Assembly (NCBI GenBank): GCA_944331865.1
Contig: CALVIZ010000002.1
Span: 12,227-76,226, forward strand
Reading direction: 5' to 3'
Length of the DNA: 64,000 nucleotides
Source of the DNA: an uncultured Bacilli bacterium
Lineage (GTDB): Bacteria > Bacillota_I > Bacilli_A > RF39 > UBA660
Both the position numbers and the translations under genes were made by a program. The notes under the pieces are model-generated. The model did no database searches. It was not told the origin of the DNA and saw only the letters and a program-made list of their open reading frames with translations. This document shows, piece by piece, positions 30,886-41,200 of the stretch (its first letter is position 1; every line of letters begins with the position of its first letter).

Positions 30886-31873
30886 GTTCGCCTAATGTGG
30901 CATACATTATCGCTTTTATTGTATGCATTCTATTTTCTGCTTCATCAAATACTTTGCTTTGTTCTGATAAAAACACTTCATCTGTTACTTCCATTTCTTT
31001 TAAACCAAATTTTTCATAAATTTCTTTGCCTATCGTTGTGTTTAAATCATGAAATGAAGGTAAACAATGTAAAAATATTGCATCTTTGTTAGCATTTGCC
31101 ATTACATCTTTATTTACTTGGTAATTTCTTAATAAATTTATTCTTTCAGCCCAAACATTATCAGGTTCTCCCATTGATACCCATACATCTGTATAAATAA
31201 CATCAGCATTTTTTGTTGCTTCCATTATATCTTCTGTAAATTTAATAACGGATCCTGTTGTTGCTGCTATTTCTTTACATATTTGAATTAAATTTTCATC
31301 TGGCCATAAACTTTTAGGGGCTGCTAATGTATAATTAACTCCTAGTTTGCTGCTAGCAACCATTAAGGAATTTGCTACATTATTTCTTCCATCACCACAA
31401 AATACTAAATTTATTCCTTTTAAACTACCAAAGTTTTCTTTAATTGTTAGGAAATCAGCAAGCATTTGTGTAGGATGAAATTCGTTTGTTAAACCATTGT
31501 ATACCGGTACATTTGCATTTTTAGCTAATGTTTCAACTATACTTTGCTCAAAACCACGATATTCTATTCCATCATATATTCTTCCTAATACTTTGGCTGT
31601 ATCTTCAATGCTTTCTTTTTTACCCATTTGAGAACCTTGAGGATCTAAATAAGTTACATGCATTCCTAAATCATATGCAGCAACTTCAAAGGAACAACGC
31701 GTCCTAGTTGATGTTTTTTCAAATAAAATAGCAATATTTTTACCTTCTAAATATTTGTGAGGAATATTGTTTTTCTTTTTGTTTTTTAAGTCAATACTTA
31801 AATCTAATAAGTATTCTATTTCCTCTTTTGTATAATCAAGTAATTTTAAAAAACTTCTGCCTTTTAAATTCAT
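30878..31873 (-). CDS. arcB: Ornithine carbamoyltransferase (catabolic)
   Basis: STRTR carbamoyl-phosphate binding motif and HCLP motif. 331 aa. Confidence 0.9.
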   Translation of the reverse strand: MNLKGRSFLKLLDYTKEEIEYLLDLSIDLKNKKKNNIPHKYLEGKNIAILFEKTSTRTRCSFEVAAYDLGMHVTYLDPQGSQMGKKESIEDTAKVLGRIYDGIEYRGFEQSIVETLAKNANVPVYNGLTNEFHPTQMLADFLTIKENFGSLKGINLVFCGDGRNNVANSLMVASSKLGVNYTLAAPKSLWPDENLIQICKEIAATTGSVIKFTEDIMEATKNADVIYTDVWVSMGEPDNVWAERINLLRNYQVNKDVMANANKDAIFLHCLPSFHDLNTTIGKEIYEKFGLKEMEVTDEVFLSEQSKVFDEAENRMHTIKAIMYATLGEHE

Positions 31874-33116
31874 TAATCCTCCCTAATTAGTGGCATGCTC
31901 ATACATCTTGGACCACCTCTACCACGAGATAATTCTGCACTTGCCATTTCTATTACTTTTATGCCATGCTCTCTTAAAACTTCATTAGTTATATTGTTAC
32001 GATTATATACTACTACCACCCCTGGTGCTATGCATAGTGTATTAGTTCCATCGTTCCATTGTTCTCTTTGCGATGCAACATCATCACCACCAGCACAAGG
32101 TATTAATATAACCTTTAATCCTAAATACTTACTTAAAATATTTTCTAATGAATCATTTATCTCTTTTACATTTAAATCTTCATCACTATTAGGGTCATTG
32201 CCTTCTGTTATTTCAAATACTTGTAAGGTCTTCATTATTCCTGGATGATATGTAAATTTATCAATATCTATTTGGGTAAATACTGTATCTAAATGCATGA
32301 AGGCTCTTGATTCAGGAATATTAAAGGCTAATATTATATCAATTTCACAATTAGGATTCTTAAATAAATTTTTAGCTAGTTTATCAATTGCTCCTGCTTC
32401 AGTTCTTTGCGATATTCCAACTGCAAGTACATGTTCATTTAAATTTAAAACATCTCCACCTTCAATATGCCAATCATAATCTCGGTCAAAATATTTTTCT
32501 ACTTCACCTTTAAATTTTGGATGATATTTAAATATGTAATCAGCATAAATAGTTTCTCTATTTCTAGTAACTGAGTACATTTTATTTAAAACTATACCAT
32601 TTCCAACACTAGCAAATGGATCTCTTGTAAAATATAAATTGGGCATTGGTTCTACTATAAAATCGGTTTCATCAGTTACTAAATCAACTAAAGATTTTTC
32701 TAAAACTCTTTTTTCACGATCTAGTTCATAAATTTGAACTCCTTCCATAGTTTTTAAAACAAATTCTTTAGTTTCTTCAATACTCATTAAATATTCAAAT
32801 ACCAAGTCACGATATTTCGGGGTATTTACTCCTGCTTCTTCAATAAATTGCTTTAAAAATTTTTCTTTAATTTCTGGATTAAAATCCAAAGTTTCAGTCA
32901 TTAAATCTTCTAAATAAAACACTTTGATATCATTATCTCTTAATATTTGAACAAATTCATCGTGTTCAGCTTGAGCAACTTTTAAATATGGAATATCATC
33001 AAATAATAAGCGATGTAAAGTATCTGGTGTTAAATTCAATAATTCCTTACCAGGCCTGTGTACTAAAACTTCTTTTAGTGGTTTAATTTCACTTTTAACA
33101 TTAATTGTGCTCATGT
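31873..33116 (-). CDS. arcA: Arginine deiminase
   Basis: C-terminal catalytic Cys context [10 protein letters not shown]. About 410 aa. The start was trimmed to the ATG at 33114-33116 (MSTINVK), which is preceded by GAGGAGG. Confidence 0.9.
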
Positions 33117-33151
33117 ATCCTCCTCTATTATAATTATTATAGCATATAAAA

Positions 33152-33184
33152 AAAAGAAAAACTATCATTTTTTGATAGTTTTAA
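33152..33184 (-). terminator. Terminator after the 315-aa gene, upstream of the arc operon
   Basis: AAAACTATCA-tttttt-TGATAGTTTT perfect 10-bp stem with a T-run. Confidence 0.6.
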
Positions 33185-34128
33185 AATCCAAATTGAATTC
33201 GTGTTAAGCTAAAATCTTGGTTATCTAATTTTCTAAATATTTCTGCTGCAACTTTATTTGCTTTTTCATAACTTCCATCTTCTTCTTGATTATTTTCCAT
33301 TAATGCTCTTACATTTTCAACTGTTTCATCATTTGCTAATAATAATGCTGATAATACTAAACCTTGAGAGTTATAAAGAGCAAATAAATTATTGACTGAA
33401 TCTAAATAAACTATATCCATATTTAACATAAATACTAATTCATCTTTACATATTTTATAAACCATATTACTTATTCTTTCTTTTAAAGCATCTTCATCTA
33501 TTTGATACTTTTTACTGAGAGTATCTGAATATATTATAGGACATTTATCTACTACAAATCTTTTAGCTAATAATTCCCCTTCTAAAAAACTTAGACAATA
33601 TCCTAAATCATATTTTTGCTTTCCCATTAATGGTTTTAAAAATGGTTCATCATTATTTTGATTTATTGATAAAAGTAATTTTATTATATCTTGGGCAAAA
33701 TATTGCTCTAATTCTAAAGTAAAGACAGTATTTTGATATTCTAAATTTCCTTCCATTAACTCATAATAGTTTTTTATTATTAAATCTATTATTTGATTTA
33801 TTAATCTTGTTGCGGCATAATTTTTAAAAGGAATGCTGCGAGGAATTAAATATAATAATGTATCATCTGCAAGTAAACTATAATGTTCATATAAATACTT
33901 TATTATTTCTTCTAATTCATCAATATTTTTGGGTAATTTTTGCAATAATAAATTTTCAAAATATTTTAATGCTTTTATTTCATGTAATATATCTTCATAT
34001 TCTTTACTCTCTTTTTGATTAGATGTCTCTAATAAATATAATTTATCATATTTTCCCTTAATGCTTCTTCCAATATTCATTAAATTATTTAAGTTTTTAT
34101 AATTTTTTTTAATTACTTGATTTTCCAT
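33181..34128 (-). CDS. Hypothetical protein (315 aa)
   Basis: ORF between lysS and arcA. No motif. Confidence 0.45.
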   Translation of the reverse strand: MENQVIKKNYKNLNNLMNIGRSIKGKYDKLYLLETSNQKESKEYEDILHEIKALKYFENLLLQKLPKNIDELEEIIKYLYEHYSLLADDTLLYLIPRSIPFKNYAATRLINQIIDLIIKNYYELMEGNLEYQNTVFTLELEQYFAQDIIKLLLSINQNNDEPFLKPLMGKQKYDLGYCLSFLEGELLAKRFVVDKCPIIYSDTLSKKYQIDEDALKERISNMVYKICKDELVFMLNMDIVYLDSVNNLFALYNSQGLVLSALLLANDETVENVRALMENNQEEDGSYEKANKVAAEIFRKLDNQDFSLTRIQFGF

Positions 34129-34135
34129 TTTTTAC

Positions 34136-35635
34136 CTATTTATCTTTAGGTTTCATAGTTGGAAATAAAATTACTTCTCTAACTGTTTCACAACCAGTTA
34201 GTAACATCACTAATCTATCTATTCCTATACCTAAACCACCTGCTGGAGGCATACCATATTCTAATGCCTCAATAAAATCTATATCCATTTCATTTGCTTC
34301 TTCATTACCTAATTCTTTTTCTTTAAGTTGACTAGCAAATCTTTCATATTGATCTATTGGATCATTTAATTCAGTAAAAGCATTGGCATATTCTGAACCA
34401 GCGATAAACAATTCAAATCTTTGTGTAAATCGTTCATCTTTAGGATCTTTTTTTGCTAATGGGCTTATTTCAATTGGATGACCAAATACAAAAGTTGGTT
34501 CAATTATTGTATCTTCTACATATTTTTCAAAAAATGCATTTACAATGTGACCATAAGAAAAATGTTGTTCTATTTCAATGTTATGTTCTATTGCTAATTT
34601 TTTAGCATCTTCAAAACTCATATTTTGGAAAAAATCTATTCCTGTTTTTTCTTTTATTAAATCAACCATATGTGCTCTTTTAAATTTAGGAGCTAAATTT
34701 AGATGATGACCTAAAAAATCAACTTCGTATGTACCATTTAATTTAAATGCGGCATTGCTAATTATGCCTTCACAAATATCCATCATGCCTTCTAAATCAG
34801 AAAATGCTTTATATAATTCTATCGTTGTAAATTCTGGATTGTGCTTGCGATCCATTCCTTCATTTCTAAAAAGTCTTCCTATTTCATATACAGCATCCAT
34901 ACCTCCAACTAATAGTCTTTTTAAAGGTAATTCAGTAGCTATTCTTAAATACATATCAATATTTTGTGCATTGTGATGAGTTACAAATGGCTTAGCTGCT
35001 GCACCACCTAAAATTGTTCCTAAAATTGGAGTTTCTACTTCAACATAGCCTAAATTATCTAGATATTCTTGAATATATCTTATAATTTTAGGACGAGCAA
35101 ATGCTACTTTACGAGCATCATCATTCATTATTAAATCTACATATCTACGACGATATCTTTCTTCAATATCATTTAATCCATGATACTTTTCTGGAAGCGG
35201 TCTTAATGCTTTAACTAAATGAGTATATTCTAAACATTTTACTGTAATTTCACCAGTTTGGGTTTTCATTAATATTCCTTTTACCCCAACTATATCACCA
35301 ATATCTGCACTTTTAAATAAATTATATGTTTCTTCACCAACATCATTTATTGAAATATATATTTGAATATTTCCTAGTTTATCTTTAATTGAAAAAAAAC
35401 TTGCTTTACCCATTTTTCTAATAAACATTATTCTACCTGCTATTGATACTTCTATATGCATATTTATTAGTTCATCATGTAAAACTTCTTGGTATTTATC
35501 TTTTAATTCTTTAGAAAAATTAGTTACTTCAAAACGATGTCCAAATGGATCTATTCCTAGTTCTCGTAACTTTTTTAATTTTTCTCTTCTGACTAATTCT
35601 TGTTCACTAAATTCTCTCAACTTCATCACCTGCAC
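34136..35635 (-). CDS. lysS: Lysyl-tRNA synthetase, class II
   Basis: N-terminal OB fold, then class II motifs 1-3 (including FRNEG and GLGIGIDRLVMLLTG). 499 aa. Confidence 0.92.
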   Translation of the reverse strand: MQVMKLREFSEQELVRREKLKKLRELGIDPFGHRFEVTNFSKELKDKYQEVLHDELINMHIEVSIAGRIMFIRKMGKASFFSIKDKLGNIQIYISINDVGEETYNLFKSADIGDIVGVKGILMKTQTGEITVKCLEYTHLVKALRPLPEKYHGLNDIEERYRRRYVDLIMNDDARKVAFARPKIIRYIQEYLDNLGYVEVETPILGTILGGAAAKPFVTHHNAQNIDMYLRIATELPLKRLLVGGMDAVYEIGRLFRNEGMDRKHNPEFTTIELYKAFSDLEGMMDICEGIISNAAFKLNGTYEVDFLGHHLNLAPKFKRAHMVDLIKEKTGIDFFQNMSFEDAKKLAIEHNIEIEQHFSYGHIVNAFFEKYVEDTIIEPTFVFGHPIEISPLAKKDPKDERFTQRFELFIAGSEYANAFTELNDPIDQYERFASQLKEKELGNEEANEMDIDFIEALEYGMPPAGGLGIGIDRLVMLLTGCETVREVILFPTMKPKDK

Positions 35636-35715
35636 ATATTATACTTAATTTCTAAATAAAAGTCTATTATTTATATTAAAAATATGCATAAAAAAAAGTC
35701 AATTTAATGACTTTT

Positions 35716-36255
35716 TTATATCTTATATAGTTTTTTGTTTTTCTTAGATACTATGTATATTACTGCTACTGCTCCAACGCCACAAGCAAGTATTGTTAGC
35801 GGAAGTGTTGCTCCAGTACTTACTTCTTCTTCGACATCTACTTCAATTTCAATTTTACCACCTACTGATGGATTATTAACTGTTAATGTACAACCCGTTA
35901 CTCCTTCTTCTACTTCAAGTACTACTGTTGCTAAATCAAATTTAGATGCACTTATACCTTCAGTTGATGTAAACATAAAACTTGCAGAATTTCCAGTATT
36001 ATTTTTCCATCCATCGGCAGCTGTAACTGAAACTATTTTTCCTTTGTCTGATGGGGTAAATACAAATTCGCCACTAAATTCATTTAATGTGGTATTATTG
36101 TTTTCAATCCATATTTCACATACAGATTGACATACACCTTCAGGACAATCTGTTTTCTTTTCACAACTACCCTTTATGTCTAATGCCTTTGCACTTAAAG
36201 GTAATATTGCAACTATACATACTACTAAAAAACCTATAAATTTTTTCACACACAT
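35716..36255 (-). CDS. Secreted or cell-surface protein with an N-terminal signal peptide, a Cys-rich N-region, and a C-terminal hydrophobic anchor plus KKNKK tail
   Basis: Start is at the ATG preceded by AGGAGAG. Signal peptide MCVKKFIGFLVVCIVAILPLSAKA. C-terminus TLPLTILACGVGAVAVIYIVSKKNKKLYKI. The overall layout resembles a sortase substrate but no canonical sorting motif is present. Confidence 0.5.
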   Translation of the reverse strand: MCVKKFIGFLVVCIVAILPLSAKALDIKGSCEKKTDCPEGVCQSVCEIWIENNNTTLNEFSGEFVFTPSDKGKIVSVTAADGWKNNTGNSASFMFTSTEGISASKFDLATVVLEVEEGVTGCTLTVNNPSVGGKIEIEVDVEEEVSTGATLPLTILACGVGAVAVIYIVSKKNKKLYKI

Positions 36256-36280
36256 CTCTCCTATCTCTATTATGTCTAAA

Positions 36281-36351
36281 TTATAACATAAAAATACAAA
36301 AAACAACATATTTTTTTAAAAATTATATTAAAATGTGTAAAATTGTGTTAT
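36281..36351. repeat. 71-bp direct repeat R2, copy 1
   Basis: ttataacataaaaatacaaaaaacaacatatttttttaaaaattatattaaaatgtgtaaaattgtgttat is near-identical to 42918-42988. Confidence 0.8.
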
Positions 36352-36417
36352 AAATTAGAAATAATTCAGGAAAAATTTCATCAAGTTTTTACACTTAGTT
36401 TTAAAATGTATAAATTA

Positions 36418-37950
36418 TTAGTTTTTCTTACGCATTAATTTATGATCTGTATCAATTATTTCAGTTACATTATTAGTATTTCTTGATTTTATTGTTCCTA
36501 TATTTTTCATATTCAAATTATCTATTACCTCAGCATCTGTTAAAACACAAGTAAACAAATCATAACAACAAATTGTTTGAAGATTTATTCTAGCTCCTCT
36601 ACTACCTGTAAAATCTATGCTATATATGTTTACCCCATCAAATGGGCCGATAAATTCTACTTCTGAGAATTTACATTCTTTTAAATTTCCGTCATAAACT
36701 GTTTGAGGATTTATTTTGGCTCCTTTGCTTTCTGTAAAATCTGCATGATTTATTTTTGCTCCATCAAATGGGCCAATAAATTCTATTCCTGAGAATTTAC
36801 TCCATATTAAATCTTTTTCAAAAACTGTTTGAGGATTTATTTTAGCTCCTTTACTCCCTGTAAAATCTGAGTAACTTATATAAACTCCATCAAATGGGCC
36901 ATCAAATTCTATTCCTGAAAATTTGCAATTATATAAATATTTTTTATAAATTGTTTGAGGATTTATTTTAGCTCCTTTGCTTCCTGTAAAATCTGAATTA
37001 GATATTATTACTCCATCAAATGGACCTATAAATTCTACTCCTGAAAATGTACATCCATTTAAATTTTTTTCAAAAACTGTTTGAGGATTTAATTTTACTC
37101 CCTTAAATCCAGTAAAATTAAGTCCACGTATATCTACATTATCAAAAGATACATTACTAAAATCAATCTTTTTCAATAATTTCTCAGACATTTTAAATTT
37201 TCTACAAGGTATTCTATCTGCAAATAGAGTCTCTGTAGAAGATTTATCGAATTCTATAACATCCGTAACAAATAAAATATCTGGATTAGGTAAAGTTATA
37301 TATTCACCATCTTTTAATTTTTCTAAAACTTCTATTAGGTTTTGTATTTCTATATTCATTACCTCAGCATCTGTTAAAGTAGACAAACCATCATAATAAA
37401 CATTTTGTAGATCTACTATAGCTCCTTTACTTCCCATAAAATTTGTTTGGGATAAATGTACTCCATCAAATGGGCCGATAAATTCTACTCCTGATAATGT
37501 ACATCCTCTTAAATTTTTATCGTAAATTGTTTGAGGATTTATTTTAGCTCCTTTGCTTTCTGTAAAATTTGCACCTGCTATTTTCGCTCCATTAAACGGA
37601 CCTATAAATTCTACTCCTGATAATTCACATCCCCTTAAATCTTTATTTTGAACTGTTTGAGGATTTAATTTTACTCCCTTAAATCCAGTAAAATTAAATC
37701 CACTTATATCTACATTATCAAAAGATACATTACTAAAATCAATTTTTTTCAATAATTTCTGATTTATTACAGATGTTATTTCCCAATAATATTGCCCACA
37801 CTTTGCTATCTTTTCAAATAAAATGTGTGGATTAGATAAAGTTATATGCTTACCATCTTCTAGACTTTCTAAAATCTTTATTAATTGTTGTCTTTTAATC
37901 CGTAACCAATTTTCATATGTATTTTTTAAAATTTGATTAATATAAATCAT
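36418..37950 (-). CDS. 40-aa-repeat family protein, paralog A. A fused double module of 510 aa.
   Basis: Two complete N-domain+repeat modules are joined in one ORF. Repeats carry GVEFIGPFDG and (D/N)FTGSKGAKINPQT(V/I)Y. No signal peptide. Conserved C-terminal tail ...HKLMRKKN. Confidence 0.7.
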   Translation of the reverse strand: MIYINQILKNTYENWLRIKRQQLIKILESLEDGKHITLSNPHILFEKIAKCGQYYWEITSVINQKLLKKIDFSNVSFDNVDISGFNFTGFKGVKLNPQTVQNKDLRGCELSGVEFIGPFNGAKIAGANFTESKGAKINPQTIYDKNLRGCTLSGVEFIGPFDGVHLSQTNFMGSKGAIVDLQNVYYDGLSTLTDAEVMNIEIQNLIEVLEKLKDGEYITLPNPDILFVTDVIEFDKSSTETLFADRIPCRKFKMSEKLLKKIDFSNVSFDNVDIRGLNFTGFKGVKLNPQTVFEKNLNGCTFSGVEFIGPFDGVIISNSDFTGSKGAKINPQTIYKKYLYNCKFSGIEFDGPFDGVYISYSDFTGSKGAKINPQTVFEKDLIWSKFSGIEFIGPFDGAKINHADFTESKGAKINPQTVYDGNLKECKFSEVEFIGPFDGVNIYSIDFTGSRGARINLQTICCYDLFTCVLTDAEVIDNLNMKNIGTIKSRNTNNVTEIIDTDHKLMRKKN

Positions 37951-37979
37951 TATTATCCCTCCCTATATAAATTTCATTT

Positions 37980-38008
37980 ATATTATCAAAAAAAAGATAG
38001 GATGTCAA
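37980..38008 (-). promoter_or_regulatory. Sigma-A promoter of paralog A: TTGACA-N17-TAATAT
   Basis: The minus strand reads ttgacatcctatcttttttttgataatat, about 25 nt upstream of the RBS GGGAGGG. Confidence 0.55.
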
Positions 38009-38164
38009 TTTATAACATCTTAGCGTAATTTTTTCCTAAGTATAACATTTTAAAATTCCAAAGTTTAACATTTATAATGGTTTAAAAAAATAATTTGATA
38101 ATATTCTTTAAGAAAATATAATTGCATTTTAGAAATGGACATTATAAAGAGTACAAAAAAATTT

Positions 38165-38310
38165 TATTATTGACTTATCAAAAAAATACCTAACATTATT
38201 TGAAATCTTCCGTTTCACAACAAACAAAAAATGAGCTAGCTTAGTATTTCCTAAATTTGCTCATTTTTGCTGTCAAATTCAATTTATAACATAAAAATAT
38301 AAAAGTCAAT
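38165..38310. repeat. ~140-bp direct repeat R1, copy 1. Contains a hairpin aaaatgagc...gctcatttt.
   Basis: About 90% identical to 42800-42935. Confidence 0.7.
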
Positions 38311-38327
38311 ATAGAAGTATATAATTA

Positions 38328-39014
38328 CTAGAAGTGTTTTTTATTCCTAGTTAATTCCATTAAAACGAAACCAGGAGGAGGTGATTTTGGTTCGTAATCA
38401 TAATAGTCTATTATCTCAACATTTGTTAAAATAGACGAATTAGCATAAGATACTTTTTTCCGATCTACTATAGCCCCCTTACTGCCTGTAAAATCTGCAT
38501 ATAATAAGGTTGCACCATCAAATGGACCTATAAATTCTACTCCTGAGAATATACAGTAACTCAAATCTTTTTCAAAAACTCTTTGAGGATTTATTTTAGC
38601 TCCTTTGCTTCCTGTAAAATCTGTTTCGTATAAATATATTCCATCAAATGGGCCTATAAATTCTACTCCTGAAAATTTACATCTACTTAAATTTTGGGCA
38701 TAAACTGTTTGAGGATTTATTTTTACTCCCTTTAATTCAGTAAAATCCATCCCTCTTATATCTACATTATCAAAAGATATGTTACTAAAATCAATCTTTT
38801 TCAATAATCTCTCAGGTATTGCAAATTTCTTATAAGAACTACTTTCATTAAATAAAATATTTGCATCAGATAATGTCAAATATTTACCATCTTCTAGACT
38901 TTCTAAAATATTTATTAATTTTTGCCTTTCTGCTTTTATTCTATTATAAAACTCTAAACTATTTCTAATTCCATTTAAAGATTGACTATTGAAACTCATT
39001 ATTATTCCTCCCAT
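38328..39014 (-). CDS. 40-aa-repeat family protein, paralog B (228 aa, ~3 repeats)
   Basis: Conserved N-domain (LESLEDGKYLTLS), NPQT-containing repeats, and a divergent C-terminus. Confidence 0.65.
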   Translation of the reverse strand: MGGIIMSFNSQSLNGIRNSLEFYNRIKAERQKLINILESLEDGKYLTLSDANILFNESSSYKKFAIPERLLKKIDFSNISFDNVDIRGMDFTELKGVKINPQTVYAQNLSRCKFSGVEFIGPFDGIYLYETDFTGSKGAKINPQRVFEKDLSYCIFSGVEFIGPFDGATLLYADFTGSKGAIVDRKKVSYANSSILTNVEIIDYYDYEPKSPPPGFVLMELTRNKKHF

Positions 39015-39028
39015 TATAATTTAAATTT

Positions 39029-39057
39029 ATATTATCAAAAATAAGTTATGATGTCAA
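39029..39057 (-). promoter_or_regulatory. Sigma-A promoter of paralog B: TTGACA-N17-TAATAT
   Basis: The minus strand reads ttgacatcataacttatttttgataatat. Confidence 0.5.
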
Positions 39058-39092
39058 CTAAGTCATATTATCTTACACAATTGTCAAAATTA

Positions 39093-40151
39093 TTAATTTT
39101 TCTTCCGCATTAATTTAAAATTAGCATCAACTATCCCGGTTTCATTATTAGTATTTATTGATTTTATTGTTCCTATATTTTCTATATCCATTAGCTCAAC
39201 ATCTGTCAAAACACAAGTAGAAAAATCGTCATAATAAACTGTTTGAGAATCTATTCTAGCTCCTTTACTACCTGTAAAATTTGTTTTAGATATATTTGCC
39301 CCATCAAATTCACCGATAAATTCTACTCCTGAAAATGTACACCCACTTAAATCCTTATTTATAACTGTTTGGGGGTTTATTATAGCTCCTCTACTACCTG
39401 TAAAATTTGTTTTAGATATGTTTGCTCCATCAAACGAACCATCAAATTCTACTCCTGAAAATATACATCCACTTAAATCCCTCTTTATAACTTTTTGAGG
39501 ATTTATTCTAGCTCCCATACTGCCAGTAAAATTTGTTTTAAACAAGTATGCTCCATCAAATTCACCAATAATGCTAAAAACAGATCTCATTCCATAATCT
39601 TCAGGAATAAATATAACTCCAGATAATACGCAAAATCTAAAATCTCTATAATAAATTTTTTGGGGAGATATTAAGGCTCCTTTACTCCCTGTAAAATTTG
39701 CTCTAGATATTTTTGCTCCATCAAATGGTCCTATAAATTTTACACCAAAGAATGTACATCCTCTTAAATCTTTTTTATAAACTCTTTGAGGATCTATTCT
39801 AACTCCTTTACTACCAGCAAAATTTGTATCATACATATATGTATAATCAAATGAACCGTCAAATTCTACTCCTGAGAATGTACATCCTCTTAAATCTTGT
39901 TTATAAACTTTTTGAGGGTCTATTTTTACCCCCATATATCCAGTAAAATTAAGGCCACGTATACATACATTATCAAAAGATATATTACTGTAATCAATCT
40001 TTTTCAATAATCTTTTAGGTATTGCAATTTCCTTATAAACTTTACCATCTTCTACCTCAATTTCCTTAAATATAATATTTGGATTAGTCAAAGTTATATA
40101 TTCATCATCTTCTAAACTGTCTAAAACTTCTATTAGCATTTCTAAATTCAT
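39093..40151 (-). CDS. 40-aa-repeat family protein, paralog C (352 aa, subfamily 2 N-terminus MNLEMLIEVLDSLEDDEY)
   Basis: Repeats with (N/D)FTGS(K/M)G(A/V)RI(D/N)PQ(K/R)VY. Conserved C-terminal tail IDANFKLMRKKN. Confidence 0.65.
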   Translation of the reverse strand: MNLEMLIEVLDSLEDDEYITLTNPNIIFKEIEVEDGKVYKEIAIPKRLLKKIDYSNISFDNVCIRGLNFTGYMGVKIDPQKVYKQDLRGCTFSGVEFDGSFDYTYMYDTNFAGSKGVRIDPQRVYKKDLRGCTFFGVKFIGPFDGAKISRANFTGSKGALISPQKIYYRDFRFCVLSGVIFIPEDYGMRSVFSIIGEFDGAYLFKTNFTGSMGARINPQKVIKRDLSGCIFSGVEFDGSFDGANISKTNFTGSRGAIINPQTVINKDLSGCTFSGVEFIGEFDGANISKTNFTGSKGARIDSQTVYYDDFSTCVLTDVELMDIENIGTIKSINTNNETGIVDANFKLMRKKN

Positions 40152-40232
40152 AAGTATCTACTCCTCGTAAAATTACATTTATAATAATCACAAAACAAAA
40201 AATCAAATATTTTTTCATTAAAACTCAAGATT

Positions 40233-41132
40233 TTATTTCTTTCGCATTAATTTAAAATTAGCATCAATTAACCCAGTTTCATCATTACTATTTCTTGATT
40301 TTATTGTTCCTATATTTTCCATATTTATGTCATCAATTATCTTAGCATCTGTTAAAACACAAAGAGACAAATCATCAAAATAAACCGTTTGAAGATCTAT
40401 TTTAGCTCCTTTACTACCTGTAAAATCTGTTTCGTGTAAATATATTCCATCAAATGGGCCGATAAATTCTACTCCTGAGAATTTACATCTTCTTAAATTT
40501 CTCTTATAAACTGTTTGAGGTTCTATTCTAGCTCCTTTGCTTCCTGTAAAATCTGCTCCTTCTATTATCACTCTATCAAATGATTCAATAAATTCTACTC
40601 CTGAGAATTTACATTCACTTAAATTTCCCTTATAAACTGTTTGAGGATCTATTCTAGCTCCTTTGCTTCCTGTAAAATCTGCACCATTTATTTTCACTCC
40701 ATCAAATGGGCCGATAAATTCTACTCCTGAGAATTTACATTCACTTAAATTTTTATTGTAAATTGTTTGGGGATTTATTTTAGCTCCTTTGCTTCCTGTA
40801 AAATTTGTTTTAGATATATTTGCACCATCAAATGAGCCATCAAATAATACTCCCGATAATACACAAAAGTTAAAATCCTTGTCATAAACTGTTTGAGGAT
40901 CTATTTTTACTCCAATAAATCCAGTAAAATCAAAGCCACATATACATACATTATCAAAAGATACATTACTAAAATCAATCTTTCTCAATAATCTCTCAGG
41001 TATTGCAATTTCCTTATAAACTTTACCATCTTCTAAAACTTTTTCCTTAAATATAATATTTGGATTAGCCAAAGTTACATATTCATTATCTTTCAAACTA
41101 TCTAAAGCTTCTATTAGCTTTTCTAAATTCAT
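40233..41132 (-). CDS. 40-aa-repeat family protein, paralog D (299 aa, subfamily 2)
   Basis: Same architecture. C-terminal tail IDANFKLMRKK. Confidence 0.65.
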   Translation of the reverse strand: MNLEKLIEALDSLKDNEYVTLANPNIIFKEKVLEDGKVYKEIAIPERLLRKIDFSNVSFDNVCICGFDFTGFIGVKIDPQTVYDKDFNFCVLSGVLFDGSFDGANISKTNFTGSKGAKINPQTIYNKNLSECKFSGVEFIGPFDGVKINGADFTGSKGARIDPQTVYKGNLSECKFSGVEFIESFDRVIIEGADFTGSKGARIEPQTVYKRNLRRCKFSGVEFIGPFDGIYLHETDFTGSKGAKIDLQTVYFDDLSLCVLTDAKIIDDINMENIGTIKSRNSNDETGLIDANFKLMRKK

Positions 41133-41200
41133 ATTTTCAACTCCTCACAAAATTGCATTTATAATAATCACAAAAACAAAAATATCAAGTTTTTCATAAC

